64,000 nucleotides of DNA from Xylographa opegraphella (taxonomy: Eukaryota): positions 124,001 through 188,000 of the forward strand of contig JALDZX010000003.1 of the NCBI GenBank assembly GCA_022813865.1, written 5' to 3'. Shown here piece by piece: positions 24,628-39,159 of this stretch. A program made the position numbers and the translations under genes. Position 1 is the first letter of the stretch. Each line of letters begins with the position of its first letter. The notes under the pieces were generated by a model, which made no database searches, had not been told where the DNA came from, and saw only the letters and a list, made by a program, of their open reading frames with translations.

Positions 24628-27600
24628 TTACTGTACACCAATTGCATCCTCCAGATCCTCAGGATGCGCTGCTGGATCATCATCATCTTCTTCGTCGTCT
24701 CCACCAATCAGCCCTTGTTCTCCACCGTCACCCTCTACGATATCCGGAAGAGCTTGCGTAATCACAGGACGTCCGTTGAGTTGTTTTAACTTCGCCTGAG
24801 TCATTTCGTAGACGTATTGGCCAAGGTGCTCAACTCCAGTCATCTCAGTAGCCTCCACTTCATCAGTCAACGCTCTTGAAGCCGGATATAGCTCGCCCGT
24901 GACTAGCATAAGACGATCAGGTCGCTGAAGTAAGCGATCGAATGCCTCTTTGAGCTCATAGCATGACTCGAATATCTCTCTACGGCCTAAAATATAGAGT
25001 CCGAGACGCGCTCGCGATAACGCCACAGTCAGGCGACGAACATCACGGAGATAGCCGACTCTGTTTGTCCTTGTGAGAGACAATATTACGTCTGAGACAC
25101 ACGTTAGTAAAGCGATCAGACGCCGTTGCAGATGCGAAACTCACAGTCGTTCTGTTCCCCTTGATACTTGTCTACTGTAGTAACTATCCTCGGGAGCCCG
25201 AACAAGTTGTTTCTGGCACACCTGTGTCCTAGCACGTCACGGATTAGAGCTCTCTGTCCCGCGTAGGTGGTTAAGATGGAGATCTTGGAGGCCGGATAGC
25301 CAAGCAATCGCATAAACTGGTATATTGCCACGGCATACTCTGCTTCACCAAGATTCTGTATGAAATGTGGACTTGGCTGCATCTCGCCTGCACCTTTGTA
25401 ATCCGACACGTCAATAAATTGGTAATCGTAACGGAAGCCAGCATTGGCAAGCTGAAACTCCACGCCATTCAGCACACTAGGGAGGTCGCCCAGATGCGCG
25501 TAGCGCCACTTATAGAGCTCGGCAATACTGGAGCGCGCTCTACCTTGCTGATCGAGGTTGATCACTGGGACACCGAGTCGCACTAGACGGAGGAAAAGAC
25601 TTTGTTCAAGGTTCGCATACTGCCTAAAGGCTAGATTTTGGACAATTGGCGAGTTTTGGAGATGATCACCGCATAAAACAATTCTCTGTAAAGGTAGCTT
25701 TCCGTTTCTAGGATTCTGAAGAGCTAGCGGGATGAAGTTTTCAATCTCAGTAATTTGCGCGGCTTCTTCCATGACAACATTATCGTAATGGAAGCCAAGG
25801 TCTGCTATTTCTTGCCTTCGCATGGCAGCGTGCGTTGAAGTCATAGCGATGATTCGAGCTTCCTTGATTAGAAGGTAGTTTGCTTTGTCTTTCGGATTTC
25901 GAAGTATCTCAAATGGTCGGATGTCTTCTAGTTCTGTGAATATCTTCTCAATATGATGCTCACAACCGTTGGCTATATCCAATATCTGCTCTATGGATGC
26001 TTCCGGCGGAAAAAGTGGCTGGGGAGCATCTTGAAAGTAGTGATAGAAGGGGAATAATGATAGTGCCTCATCGATACCAGAGGCGTCAGAATTGACTGTG
26101 TCCCAGTATTTAGACCATGCCGGTGTAATGTATACGGCTTTGAAGTAACCAGCAGTTTCGCAAGAATTGCCATGTGCTCCAGGGGCCCCGAGTGTGATAG
26201 CTAGCTTGTCAACTTCCACTAGAAAACGCGCTCTATTGTCAAGGAATGATTCCACTCTGCCATGTTTACCATAATTGACATCTGTTTCCAAGTCCTCTTC
26301 GCCATGTCCTAGCCGCAAAAGATGCCGATTATCAATGTCAAGATTGGTGATCTTCTGAAATAGCTGGTTGAGTGCCTGATTGGAATGTGCAATCATTAAC
26401 GTGCGCTGCGTAGGAAAGTCATGATAGATATTGCTGATGATTTGTGTAGCAACATCGGTCTTTCCAGTACCAGGCGGTCCGACTATAACCGTAAGACCTG
26501 GCTGCGTACCCGATATTATGGCATCAACCTGTGCCGGTGTGAAGCGTGTCTTGTTGATCCTTGGCAAGTCGGCAACGAAAGGTCCGTTGTTGGGAGGCTG
26601 ATACGTGGAAACTCTCACCACCGCTTCTGTTGGTTGCGATCGTTCTTGATCATCCCGCCTCCTTTTTTTGGACGGCTTTGCTTGAGGTTCTTGGGTAGCT
26701 GGAAGAATTTTCAAAACGAAAGGTGGTCCGAAATGGTCGTCAGCAGTAGGCTCTGGCTCCACCGTCTGTACCACGAGTTAGATTTTAATCCCCCCAGTTA
26801 ATGAAATACATGTTAAACTCACTCGACCAGGCAAACTCTCGGTCAGATGCTGCCAATCTACAAAAGTGTCCCTGAAGTCCAGGCTCTCCAAACGATTCTC
26901 CAGTTGTGTGTAGCTTGCTCCAGCAGGATTTCCATAACCAAGAAAAACTTCCTGAAACCAATCTGGTACAGGTACAGCGGATAAGGTCAGGCTTTTGATA
27001 GATTCGAGAATCCGCTTAAAGTTGTTCTCGCGCCCTTTTCTCCTGACGACCATGTTTATACTTTCGTATACATCCGGTCGTCCCTTAGCTTTTCGATCTT
27101 CATCAACTTTATAAGCCAGAGCATCAAGGCTGACAACAAGTCTACGATTTCCGGTTCTATAGCTGTGGCCGTTTGTCTGCGCCATAAACCTATCTCTCAT
27201 CGCCCGTCCGTTTTCATCAAGCACCTGTACTACAGTCGCTGTTCGTAGACATGTAAGACCTGATTGTCTGGCGGCATCACGAGGAGTGAGACCGTTTAGA
27301 ATTGCAGAAGTTTCGTCGTGCGGCCTTACCTCAAGTAAATAGATCACATCACTATTCTGAAGGCTGTCCCATTCTTTCCGGACATGATCGGCCAGGCGAC
27401 TCGTATCTAGAGTTATTTCCGCCCTGACATAAGCAGGCTCATCGTTGCCGACTTTTGGTGGAGCTACCTCCATTATGCTGTATGGTGTCTTAGTAAAAGA
27501 GCTTGCTTATGCATCCGATATACTTACGCGGGCTTTGGAATCGGCAGGGCCATTTTGGAGAACCCATCGAAGTGAACTATGCTTCCGGCTCCGGCAGAAC

Positions 27601-29330
27601 GAGGTTGTAGTCGCTTTATAGTTTCCTCCAGATCTTTTCTGATCTCAAAGAAGGATTCGCAGCGATGCAAAATGAACGACCGCCAGAGGAAATCGCCAAC
27701 TGTCAGATATTGTAAATTCAGCTTCGGAATGGCTAATGATCGAGAGCCATCATACGACTCGTTACGTAATAGTGATGGATCATACACATCAGCCTGAACG
27801 TGTTAATATTAATTGACATGGACCAGGGAAGACTTACCTCTGTGGGCAATATATTTAGATCCCTTATCACTTCCTGGAAGGTCTTCTGTCGTTCGTGTGC
27901 CGAAATCAGAATCTCCAAAAGCAGTCCCTTTCCAATGGTGAGGTTTGTTGAAGTCGGGTAATTCGTCCTATACCCTAAAACAGAACATAATTCAACCAAT
28001 TCCGGGGCGGTCAATTGAGATAAGTGATTCTCTAGCTCTGCTCTCTGTTCTATCGCGCCGTAATTGGATAGTGCCAGAATAGTAAGTTTGGACTTAAAAT
28101 GCTTCAGTGATGCCCTTTGCAATCGCGCAAGTCGTGCACAATGTTGATCATTTGACTCATCCCTGCTATACTGTGCACCGGTATGGTCATTGATGGAGAA
28201 GTTGACGAAGTGCCGCAAGAGATTGTAGAGATCGCGTAGAAATCCGTTATCCTCCTTGTTGTAAAGCGGGGAGAATTTGATTAACGACAGAAGATTCAGA
28301 TCCTGGATGAGTGTATTCACGTATCTCCTGGTAGGAAGCTGGCTCTCAAGATCAGTAAGCAGTTCTATAAACCGCTCGCAGTATCTCAATGTGTCTATCA
28401 CGGTATGAGTGCCAGATCAAGGCGGAGAGCGGAATGTGCACGGACCTGAGGAGTTTTCGGAGGCGTAGAGTTGCCTGACAAACTTCAGTATCAAAGTATA
28501 TAGCCACGATCTTTCAAACTCAAGGCGGGCTTTTGTGATGTTGTCTGCTGCTTCATACCGCTTGGACGAGGCGCGCCATGCCTTTCGCAGGGCCGTATGC
28601 TCTTCAAGCTTGGTTTCTCGCGCTTGCACGCTAGCAAGGTGGTGCCATATTGATATCGATACCAGAGGAGCACACTCTTTCCGGACTATGCCACTATCCA
28701 GCGACTGGAACGAGCTGATTATGAATGCCATCAGATGATTTTGGATAATGACAGGCAAGGAATCATCAACACTCATGAATAAAATCCGACGGAAAAGAGA
28801 CGAGAAGCTTTCGGCATTGCTTGTGAAGATGTCTACCCAGTCTTAGTACATAAAATGTTGTTTTCTTGGCATGGTCTATACTGTACTCCAGACAGGAAGG
28901 CCTTCTCTCCGTTTCACAACAACCATCAAAGCTATGAGAAGAACTTGATGATTTGATAAGCCCTCATCGTATCCAGGCCAAAGATATCTGTTGGCCATTA
29001 GAATTGAATGGGCACACATATGAAGTGAGAGGCACCAACTTCTCCAGCAGCTGTAGGTTATCGAGGATCAAAAGACTACGAAAGGCGAAACCCTCCTTCT
29101 CCAGCACATCCCATATTTCTGTCTTTACAACTTCCGGCCTCACTTTCCGCGCTTTCGCCGAAGGCTTAGACCACTGAGTCTCGGCCAGTTGTTTCCATCG
29201 TCCTTCATCGCTGCTTTCCATAACGATGGTGATTTGGGGTTCCAACAGATGTTATTTGTACCGAACAAATTCGTAGGATGTGCCTCAAGTGGTTGGTCTC
29301 GATAATGTACCTCTCATTCCTGGTATTCAT
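24628..29330 (-). CDS. AQR: Intron-binding spliceosomal RNA helicase Aquarius (Cwf11/IBP160), multi-exon
   Basis: YCERFIELLTDLESQLPTRRY, LAIPKLNLQYLTVGDFLWRSF, RRKGRENNFK, Walker A VGPPGTGKTD, MEEAAQI, TVDKYQGEQND and RRLTVALSRARLG. The start is either ATG 29330 (short first exon) or ATG 29221. Confidence 0.96.
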
Positions 29331-29569
29331 GCCCAATATACAAGCATACTGCAATCCAATTCCAGCTCAAGCTCTGCGACAATTTTATTTCGCGATGCGC
29401 GTAGCGGAAAGACATGCTAGGCCCAAACTATGCTAGTTCCCGTAGAGCCTCTACTGCATAAGGTAGACCGGGGTTATCCACGTTCCTGGGACCAGGAACG
29501 ACGAGAATAATGTACAACCCATTTTCCGAGCAAAGGTCAACTACCTAACAATGCACCAGAGCGCATAAA

Positions 29570-31847
29570 ATGCCTCACAAAGTGATGGCAAGCCCTGAAT
29601 TATCTTTGGTCGGCACCTATGGAACATCTATTCAACTATCGCTGAAAAAGGCCAAGAATGTCAAACACCAAAGTAGCATTGAGCCGGCTTTGCCAATCTC
29701 TGAATTCGATGAGCAAGTACAAAATATCGCCAGGATCCGGGAAGATACGAGCATCAATTCTCAGCAAGTCCACTATGCCGCTATTGAGACTGCTATAAGG
29801 AGCATATTCTATGATATCTTAGTATGCGATCATCGCCGAGGTGGTCCACAATTGCTAACGAAACAATAGGCCTCGAATTCCATAGACCAGCCTTTATTTT
29901 GCGAAATATGGAACCTCTTCGACATTGTGGTAATCCTCTCAGACAATGGTCAAAGAGCACTTCGATAGCTTGAGGCTGCAAGAGCTTACAATTGCCAGAA
30001 CTCTGCGAGCCCACTCTCATCATCTGGCTAGTGGAAGAGTTGCTTGATAGCCAGACTATCGATGGATGTCGAATAATATTCGACTACCTGGAATCGCGTC
30101 GCGAGCGATTGATTGCGGTACGTCTAAAAGCTCGGAGTGATATTATGGGTGGACAACGTGGCTCATGAGTCCATTCTCCTGTAGAAGCATTTCAAAGCAA
30201 AAAATCTCGCAATCCTAAGAGCATGTAATGAGCTGCTTCGAAGACTTTCAAGGGCTGAAGACACCGTTTTTTGTGGAAGAGTTTTTATCTTCCTCTTCCA
30301 AACCTTCCCCCTTGGTGACCGTAGTTCTGTGAACCTGCGCGGGGAGTTTCATGTGGACAATGTCACGACTTACGATGAGACGCACGCGCAAGACCCCTCG
30401 ACTTCCAATCGAATGGACGTTGACATGGATGACGCAACCGTGTCCAATGGTACTTGTGAGGATCGGGCTACTAGCAAGACAAAAGAACTTCCACCATCTA
30501 TCATCAACGAAGAAGTGGCTAAGGACGCGAAGGTGGTTAAATTCGAAGCGAATGCTCCTCAGTCACAGGAAAGCGCTTTGGATGCGGATGCGTTATATCC
30601 AGTTTTCTGGTCACTACAAGACTATTTCTCGTCGCCAACAAGACTCTTCGAGACAGCGAATATGAAGTCGCTAAGGACCAGTTTAGAGGCCACACTTATC
30701 AAATTCCAGGAAGTGCAAAGACACGTTGAAGTCCGAGGTAACAGCAAAGCGCCGGAGGAGAACAGACGGGGGAAGAAGAGAAAACGAGGTGGCAATGGTG
30801 AAGAAACCGCAAGTTCCTTCAATCCAAAGTATCTTACCAGCCGCGACCTCTTTGAGCTCGAGGTGTGTCACCACTGAGCTATCTTTCCACTTCTGGTTAC
30901 TGACAGCCAATAGATCAGTGATCTCGCCTTTCGGCGCCACATTCTAGTTCAGGCTCTGATATTGATAGATTTTCTGCTATCTCTCACACCAAAGTCCAAA
31001 GCTAAGAACCAAAGCATGAAAAACAAATCTGTACTGTACGATTATACGCTTGAGGAAGATGATGTAGGTCCATGGGCTATGAATAGCCGTCGATCTTCGA
31101 GGCATCGCTAACAGTCAGTTCAGGCTACATGGGCACAGCGAATGAGATTGGATATTGCGAACTACTTGCAGGAAGGACCGGAAGGGAAGTTCTACTATCG
31201 AATGGTAGACACTGTACTATTACGGGACAAGAACTGGGTCCGATGGAAAGCGGAAAACTGCCCGCCTTTTCAACGGCCGTCACTGTCTCCCGATGATTTC
31301 GTGGCGGCGAGGGATGGCGCGCAGAAGGCATGCACAAACAAAAGAATGCGGGCAATGCCTCTTGGTTCTTTGGATCTGGGATTCCTCTCCGACATGGAGA
31401 GCGGGGATGGAATGGAAAAGTTCAAGGATCCAGCCCGGTAAGGCACCCGTCAATGTACCGTTTCCGCTTTCCCCATTAACGCGGCACAGTTACGCCATCC
31501 CCGATGCCGAGTCTCTGAAGGGGCCGATTGCGGACGATGAGTTCGATGCGTCGGTCGCAACATCCGAAGAAGACAAGCGACTGGCTACGAACGCCCGCGC
31601 CAGCAAGCTCTGGCGCATGCTTCGGATCTGCTATAAGAGCAAGTTCGGGGTCTTGGACAAGATCGATGACGGGAACAACCTGGAGGCGTTGTTCGAGGTC
31701 CGGGACGAAGGCGCCGAAGACGAGCCGGCCAAGGAAGCTGAGGTGGAGGATCAGGACCACCGGCATCCTTCGAAGTCGCCGGACTTGCCAGCGTCTACGG
31801 GCATGGCAGCTGAAGCCAATGTAGCGGTAGAGACAGGCGTGAAGTAA
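29570..31847 (+). CDS. HPR1: THO complex subunit 1 (Hpr1/THOC1), multi-exon
   Basis: EELLDSQTIDGCRIIFDYLESR, LRACNELLRRLSRAEDTVFCGRVFIFLFQTFPLGDRSSVNLRGEF, PKYLTSRDLFELE, FRRHILVQ and RDKNWVRWKAENCP. Confidence 0.94.
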
Positions 31848-34800
31848 GGGGTACCTCGTTCGTAATTAGTCTCTCAATAGTGCGTCCACGCCATCCACCA
31901 GGTAAGATTGCATCGTTGCGCGCACGTGTAAAACATGGCAATCAATCCTACGAAGGAATTTTAATCCCCGAACCGTTGTGCTCGAAACCTTGTGCAGTAC
32001 TATAGTTGTCGCGAGCAAGGAATACCTTCGTAGCATGGGAAAGAAAGAAAGTTAAACTGTGGCTTGGAAATTAGGGTTGTGGCGCACCGAGATTTGGCCG
32101 ACTCTCGATCTCTGGAACGGGGGTGGATTTTAGATTGGAGTAGCATCATCGCTCGCTGCCCCCGTCGCTGAGGGAAGCTAAAACAACAAAGATGCGACGC
32201 GTCTCTTATCAGATCCGAAATGGATGTGGGTTGTGACGGTCCCGCGCACCGCTGGTGCGTATGTCCGACAACCCACCCAAGACGACGAGGGTGCGGTGCT
32301 TCGTATCTGCACGCCCCGACTGCCCTGTCGCGCGTCGGGCGGTCAGGAGATCAGGTCCCGCAAGCGCACGGTAGTTGGTCGAGCCGGGGAAAGCAGCATC
32401 TCATTTCCCGCCCAACGGCGCTGCCTGTTTCCTCTCCTGGACGGCGCGCGCGGCAGGCGGCCGGTCGTGTCATGTGGCCCTCTCCTGCACGGATGTATCG
32501 CGATGAAAATTAGAAGTGTTTTTTGGACGATGGGGTTTTTCTCTCTGTCCTTTTGCCTTCCCTTTCGCTGCCCGGCAAGCGATGTTTCAGGTTCGTCACT
32601 TCCCGGTCCACGCATGACTTTTGTTGCCGTCCTGCCTCATTTGGGCCACACGCCACACGGTCTCAACCCCTCTTGGCTGCTCCGTGTTCGGTTCTCTGCT
32701 TTCCCGGACGGCGGCAGATGGGAAGGTCCCCCATCCACTGGTTCGGGGTTCGATGCTAGAACGTGGGTTGACTCGAAGACGGCATTTCCATCAATGCATC
32801 CCCAAACACTGTGGGTATCGGAAGCTTTTGGATGCACTTCATTTGCTTTTGTTGGGTGCAGGCTGCTCGCTGCACACGTGTGGGGCCTGTAGAATAATCA
32901 TACCATTTCATAGCGGTTCACCCATCACCCGGGCCGGCGGACGATCCTGAACCCACACATAGCTCTGGCACTCATCCATGGTGATGATCATTGCAGTGGG
33001 CCTTTCGGTGCAGGATGGCAGCCGCGATCCCTCCGTTGCTCAGATGCAGGCGCTCGATATAGACTGCGATCAGGACCAGGGCAGGTCTGTAGCTATAACT
33101 TGTGGTGGATGGTCTGGCAACAAACATACATATGCAACAGCCCTTGGTTCTCCACCATGGAGCGCACTGTTTCCTGCACCTCCACGCTGCCTTCAGGGTG
33201 TCTCCCCTCGCGGTCTTCCAATTGTAGACCTCAACCGGAGACGGTGACAAATACTCAAGAAATCTCGTCGCTGAGGGATCACGACGGTTGTCTCGTACGC
33301 GGTAACGCTAACCTGTTCAGAACTCGGTCCGGTCCTTAGCCGAGGCTCGATCAAATGCGGGCATTTAGTGGTACCAGGTACAGTGCATACCGAGTAGTGG
33401 TTCGCTTCAGGGGCCGTGGAGGGTAACGTTCCGATGGCGCCAGCTCCTCTCTTTCCTTGGGCTGGCTCACAAGGATCGGCCGGGCGTTGGCGAGGTCAAT
33501 GGGAAAGCTCCCCTGTGAGTCTGTGAGTCTGTTTCAACTTCCCGAGGCATTTGGCGCGAGCGAGTGAACCCGACTTTTTCAATGACGACTTTCCTGTCTT
33601 CGCCCAGGGCCAAACGGCACTCGGGGGCATTGGGGGCAACGCTAGCGAGTATCACCTTTTCAACTTTTCAAGGGGCTCGCATTAAGGTTGGGCTCGATAC
33701 ACTCCGTACTAGTGCTACTCCGTACCGTATCCTATTCCGTCACTCCTGGACCCCGCTTTCCCTTAGAGGACGCTAAACTTAGTCAACGACCGCAATTGTT
33801 ACGAGAAGCGACAGGATTGTTTGCTTTTCTCACCTAGGAGCCAGCCCCGTCAACCAACGCTCTCACCACACTCAAGCCGTGTTACTTCGCGGGAGCGATG
33901 GAGCGTCGGCTGTGGTGGCATCGTTGATCTTGCAGCCGACGACGCTCACCACTGCATGAGATCTGCGGTTGTGAGAAAAGCCCCGCAGGAGGCCCTGGCC
34001 GAATCGAGCTTGCATCTGGTGCATTCGCTCGGTAGACTGCCTACCTAACTTTACCTTACCTTCCTTATGATACCTGACTTGAGTAACATATTGGCCCCAG
34101 TCGGCCAGCAGGCGGGTCGTCATCCAGCTTTGCTGCCGGCTATGCTTAATCGAGTCGAACTCAGAGGTAGGTTGGTGCTTTGACGGGGGCCGACATGATG
34201 GCTGCCGTCGCTGGAACCGTTTGCCCACCATCCACCATCCACCACCATCCGTCTTGACTCTGGTTCGAAGGAGGCCCCGACACCAGCATCAGCAGACCGC
34301 CATGACGATGACTCCCGGATGCCTGTCATGGGCCGCCTAGGAGCTGGGCTCCCGCCCTCCTCGGACCCGCTCCAGTCACGGCCGAGGGTGGTCGGTGGCC
34401 CAAACGTCTAAAACCTCCGGTTGAGGATCCGAGCTTGATCCTTAGTCCCGCCCGCCCGCTCGCTACCCACCTACCTTACCTAGTGGAGAGAGAGATAGAG
34501 AGAGGGTGTGAGTGTGAGAGAGAGAGGTTGTGTCAAAAAGAGGCCGCAGTGCTCCGGATCCAGCCTACAGAGTATCCCAAGATAGGTGACCAGACACCTA
34601 TCGCACCGTGTCATAGGGCACGCCCTCTCATACCACACCCCCTTCAGCCCTCCTCTAAATCGAGAGATATCTCGTTTCACGTCCACGAGTGTGGCATGGC
34701 GCTTGCAGGGCAGGGCAATCTGGTCCGAGCCTTGGGCTTGCAAGGTCCTGTTATCCACTATGGTTAATGCACTTGTCTCTCCTAGATCCTTCGTTGATCT

Positions 34801-35607
34801 GTTGCTCAAATCACCGCTCCCCTTCAGAACGTTGTTCCTGTCCATGTGCTTGTAGAAGCCAATACCCTTTGCTGGAGCCCCTCCAAGGTCCCAGGCTATG
34901 CAGCATGCAAGAATGCGCAGGTGGCACTTCTTCTGTGCTCACTCCATTGCCTTCGACCGCACGCAAGACCCTGGTTGTTGAGTTATAATACTATCGTCCC
35001 ATCACTCTCGTTACCAGATCTCTCGCCTGCTCCTAACCGGCGAAGATCCTGACTGGCCCTCGACCGGATCACCAGCATCGACATTCCTATCCATACCCCC
35101 ATGCAAAACGACGTTGACGATATTAATGAGCACACAGATCACAAACTGGTGGAAAGCATTGGCTTCATTGAACGTGCATATTCCTGGCGTCGTTATCGTG
35201 CGCCCAGCAATTGGAGGCTGGATTCTCCACCAACCTGAGGACTTGGGCTTGGGCTTACTCACTGCATCGGCGAGGGACCTTCGATAGACGAACACGTTGA
35301 GTACTATCCATTCCGATCCCATTGGGTACCGGAGCCTACCCCTGGCAGCGCGAATCATTGCCACTGGCTGGGCTTGAGCGAAACCACAGTACGACGTTCT
35401 TTTCGCACTCAGCAGATCACGGCCTCTAGAGTGGTTGGATATTACCTGACATCTGGACGCAGCTGCGATCGTTCAACTATCATTGTTCGCCCGGTCTTCT
35501 GACGTTGGCCATTGTCTAATCTACCTTCCGAGTGCAATTTTGGGAACTGAATGACGTCCGTGCTACCTGCTTAGTATACTATCGTGGAATCGAAAGGAGA
35601 AAGACAG

Positions 35608-37460
35608 ATGTCGCTCTTTGCTACACCGCCAATGGCTAGCGGTGCGTACCCTGCTGGTGGGTCACATCTGCCAGCTTGTGTTGAAAGGTACCCGAAGCAC
35701 TTAGGCCTTTCCCTCGACTACCACGAACTCCGGAGGCTGACAATGGATTGTGGGCCTCCCCCAAGGCCGTGGAAGTCTTCCTCCCAGGTCAATCCAAACA
35801 CCGGATTTGACCCAGGACGGATTCCAGATGTGCTGGCTGCCAAAGCAGACTTGCGTTACTTGACACCAGATAAGTCTGACTTCGGATACGAACCTATAAA
35901 GCCTGAGCTGCGAACTATGAATGAGGATGCTCGACAAACTTCTGTTGCTGGGAGTTCAACGTCGAGACTCAGTTATGCCACAGCGCAAGACGAGCAAGAC
36001 ATCTACGGGGATGACGAGGAGGAGGAATCTGCCATCGCCGCTGCGGAGCAGGACGATGATTTGACTGGCGATGACGTCCCTCGAACGGCAGCCGAACGTA
36101 GAGCTGAAAAGCGCAAGATGAAAAGATTCAGGTAAAGCTGCTCGCTTCACTATACTAGAAGAATGTTTCAAACTCACTCTACACGACAGGCTCACCCACA
36201 ATCAAACCCGCTTTTTGATGAGTGAGTTTGCCCGACAGCCTCATCCAGATGCAGCACAACGAGAGCGGCTCTCGAGAGACATACCTGGACTTACTGCTCG
36301 GCAAGTGCAAGTGTGGTTCCAAAATAGGTAGACTTTGTTTCCCAACGATGAATTCCTCTGACTGACGCGTGAAATCAGACGTGCCAAACTCAAGCGGTTC
36401 ACAAGCGACGACCGAGAAAGAATGATGAGTACGAGGGCTCTTCCTGAGGGCTTCGATATGTCACAAGCTTTGCACTCGCCTCTAGAATCTCAACCTTACA
36501 CCAATGCGCTCCTCCAAGCTCCGGCAACTTCGACGGCTTCTTATCCATCTACCTTTCACGACGGTGGAGCGATGGGACCGCTGCTGGCAGACCATTTCAG
36601 ACATCCCTTAGGAAACGGAGGAAATACTCTGCCAGGAGGAACTCATCCAGTTTATCGGAGCTACTATACACCACCTGGCTCAGGGGCAGGGTCGGAGAAC
36701 GCCTCGCCTATTTCATCGATCAGTGGCAGAAAACATCCTGACGGCCATGCCCTGCTGCCTAGTATAGAAAGCCAAAGTTCAATCCCCTTTAACATTTCAG
36801 CCGCACTTTCAACAGCTCAATTCCCTCATGCGCAAGTTCCACGATTTCCATTCCGGGATAGTATGCCAAGAACACAGGCAGAACTCTTGTCTCTTCCTCG
36901 GCGGGCAGGTATATCATCAGTAAACATTACTGAGAACTATGGTCAGCCTGCTACGTCTTTTGTGGATTATCATCCACAACAAATGACACAAGATCATCTC
37001 ACGAGGTTGTCTTCGGACACCACAGGCTCTGGTCCAGGATCAGGATTTCTCTGTAAGTATGATGGAAACCGGCCTCACGATCACATGCTCACATTCCGCA
37101 GATGGTCCGGCCGGGACCTACCAATCTCCTGCCATCAGTCCTCGTCTGCCTGATCTTACAAGCTACATCCCTGAATTCGAGACTAGGTCACAATCGCGGT
37201 CGAATTTCCCGTCTGCAGGCTATTCGCAGTCGAATGCAGCACAAGCTTTCCCAAATGTGGCTCAATCGATTACTCAGGTTTCACCGCTACCGGATTCTCA
37301 CATTCACTACGGGAACACCGCACTACACAACGACTATGCTGCTGGGTATAATCGTCTGGACAATCATTATCTCCGCAGCACTTCTTCCGTGGGTGAGAGA
37401 AATGTCGAGGACGTTATGCATGAGGAACACCTACGACGAAATGCCACTTTTCATCGGTAG
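35608..37460 (+). CDS. Homeobox transcription factor (introns 36132-36189, 36328-36378, 37053-37101)
   Basis: Spliced homeodomain KRKMKRFRLTHNQTRFLMSEFARQPHPDAAQRERLSRDIPGLTARQVQVWFQNRRAKLKR with the WFQNRR helix 3. It resembles the fungal Hox7/Pth12-type subgroup as I recall it. The start is uncertain because the ATG follows an acceptor-like ACAG. Confidence 0.92.
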
Positions 37461-38813
37461 TCCTCTTTACTATATATCTCGAATAACTTGACAGGAGATC
37501 CACACAGCGGTTGTGAGCGAGCTGACACTGTAGCTGACGATCGCGAGGGGTCTTGGTCGTTTCCTTCCACATCATTGCACCATGTGAGCCATGCTCCTAA
37601 ACTTCATCTTACACTTCTCGAAGCCACTTTCTCTACAACTATACGCCTGCAATATTTGGCAAGTCGAGAAAGCTTAACCGATACCGGCATTGTTGATAAC
37701 CCTGACGACGAACATACGAATTTAGAAATGGAGAGAGCGAAACGGACAAGGAGGGAGACCTGGTTCCGCTGCCCCCGGCACTATTACGCTTTACTTATTG
37801 TTTCTATCTCCTTCTCTGTACAATTTTCATCTCCTTTCTCGTTTGCGCCGCGCTCCATAGACGTTTTTTCTTCCCAGATAGGGAGGGGTCAAGTGCCCAC
37901 GCACAGCGTTCACGAAATCCTATACCGTTACATTCCCCATTCCGCCTCGCCTAGTGCCGCTCTGCTCCGGCGTTGGCATTCCACGCTTTGCCTCTCGCCC
38001 TCGCGTCGGCCGATTCGCCTCCGACCGCAGCAGATGTCCACTCCTCACACCCGAGTCGTGCGCTTCTAGCACCCGCACTGCGGCGCAGCCGCACCCCCAC
38101 CACCCCACTCGTTTCTTCCCTCACCCCCCCCCCAGCCACCCTCCTCCCGTCTCTCAAAACTTCCCGAGCCCTGCCCCCCCCACACACATATCCGTCCCCT
38201 ATCCCGTCGGCAGCCACACCTCTCGCTTCCTGACACAGTTCCCCCTTCGGAGCTTTTTTGCTTGACTCGCTCCTTCCCGCGTCTGCGTCCGCGTGTGCAT
38301 CTGCGTCGTTCTCGAAACCTTCGAGGCAGAGGAGGGGGCATGTTTGTGCAGGCTGCGTGGCTGCGTGGCTTGTTGTGGAGGGTTGAGGGGGGTTGGGGAG
38401 GGTTGAGTCTGGGGTTTTCGGGCTTTGCTTGTTGTTGGGGTGGGGGTTTGGTTTGTGGGTTTTTGGGGGTCTGCTTTGGGGGGTTTGTGGCTGGGAGAGG
38501 GGGTAGGGGGCGTGGATGGGGGATGGAGGTGGAGGTGGGAGGCTTGTTTGTTGTTGGGGCGGTGGGGTGGTTACGTCTGTGTGAGGGGGTAAGGGTTAGG
38601 GTAGGGTAAGATCGTGATATGCGATGGTGATATGGATTTTTTAGCGAGGGTTTATATTTACTAACATACGAAGGGAGGTGAGCGCGTGATGGGGCGGTTG
38701 TTCTTTCCGTTCGGGTTATACCGGCACGTAGGGGTATTCTATATAGAGTAAATACTCAAGTAATTACATGACTGGTAACCTGTAGCCGATAGCCTGCAAC
38801 TCTCGTTTCGGTA

Positions 38814-39144
38814 TCATTTGTCTCTAAGCCATTCTTGCCGTTCGCTGCTGAAGCTGTGACGAACTAATAATACGTAGGCGCGATAGGCCTTTATAGGGTC
38901 CGCACCCCACGACGAATCACTTTCATGTTTGTTCCGGATCGGGTCGTCGAGGGAGGCATGCCCCGTACTACTTAAGATGATTGCAGCGTAGCTGCTCCAA
39001 GGATGAGGGGGTCCAAATTCAACTTCGGCCGCTAGTGAAGCAGTATTTCCGCTCCGATCAGTAGAATATTCCCTCTTTGAGTTTAGCTTACGCGGGGCCT
39101 TGGCATTCCACAACGCTGCATATTGAGCGAGAGGTCCCCTCACG
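38814..39144 (-). pseudogene. Probable remnant exon of an unknown duplicated gene
   Basis: A 109-codon open frame follows a YAG acceptor-like site. Its first ~55 codons are conserved in the second repeat copy (44877-45058), which has three extra single bases that break the frame. Confidence 0.35.
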
Positions 39145-39159
39145 CTAGATCACCTGGTA
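38981..39159 (+). repeat. Dispersed direct repeat, copy 1 (~180 bp)
   Basis: Hand alignment to 44877-45058 gives about 24 mismatches and 3 single-base gaps (~85% identity). Confidence 0.92.

Noticed and set aside
31900..35580. Many short ORFs upstream of the homeobox gene
   Set aside because: No coherent exon structure or protein motif; best read as a long regulatory or 5'-leader region.
38586..38610. Telomere-like GGGTAAGGGTTAGGGTAGGGTAAG
   Set aside because: Only one exact TTAGGG, within a G-rich skew tract; not an interstitial telomere array.
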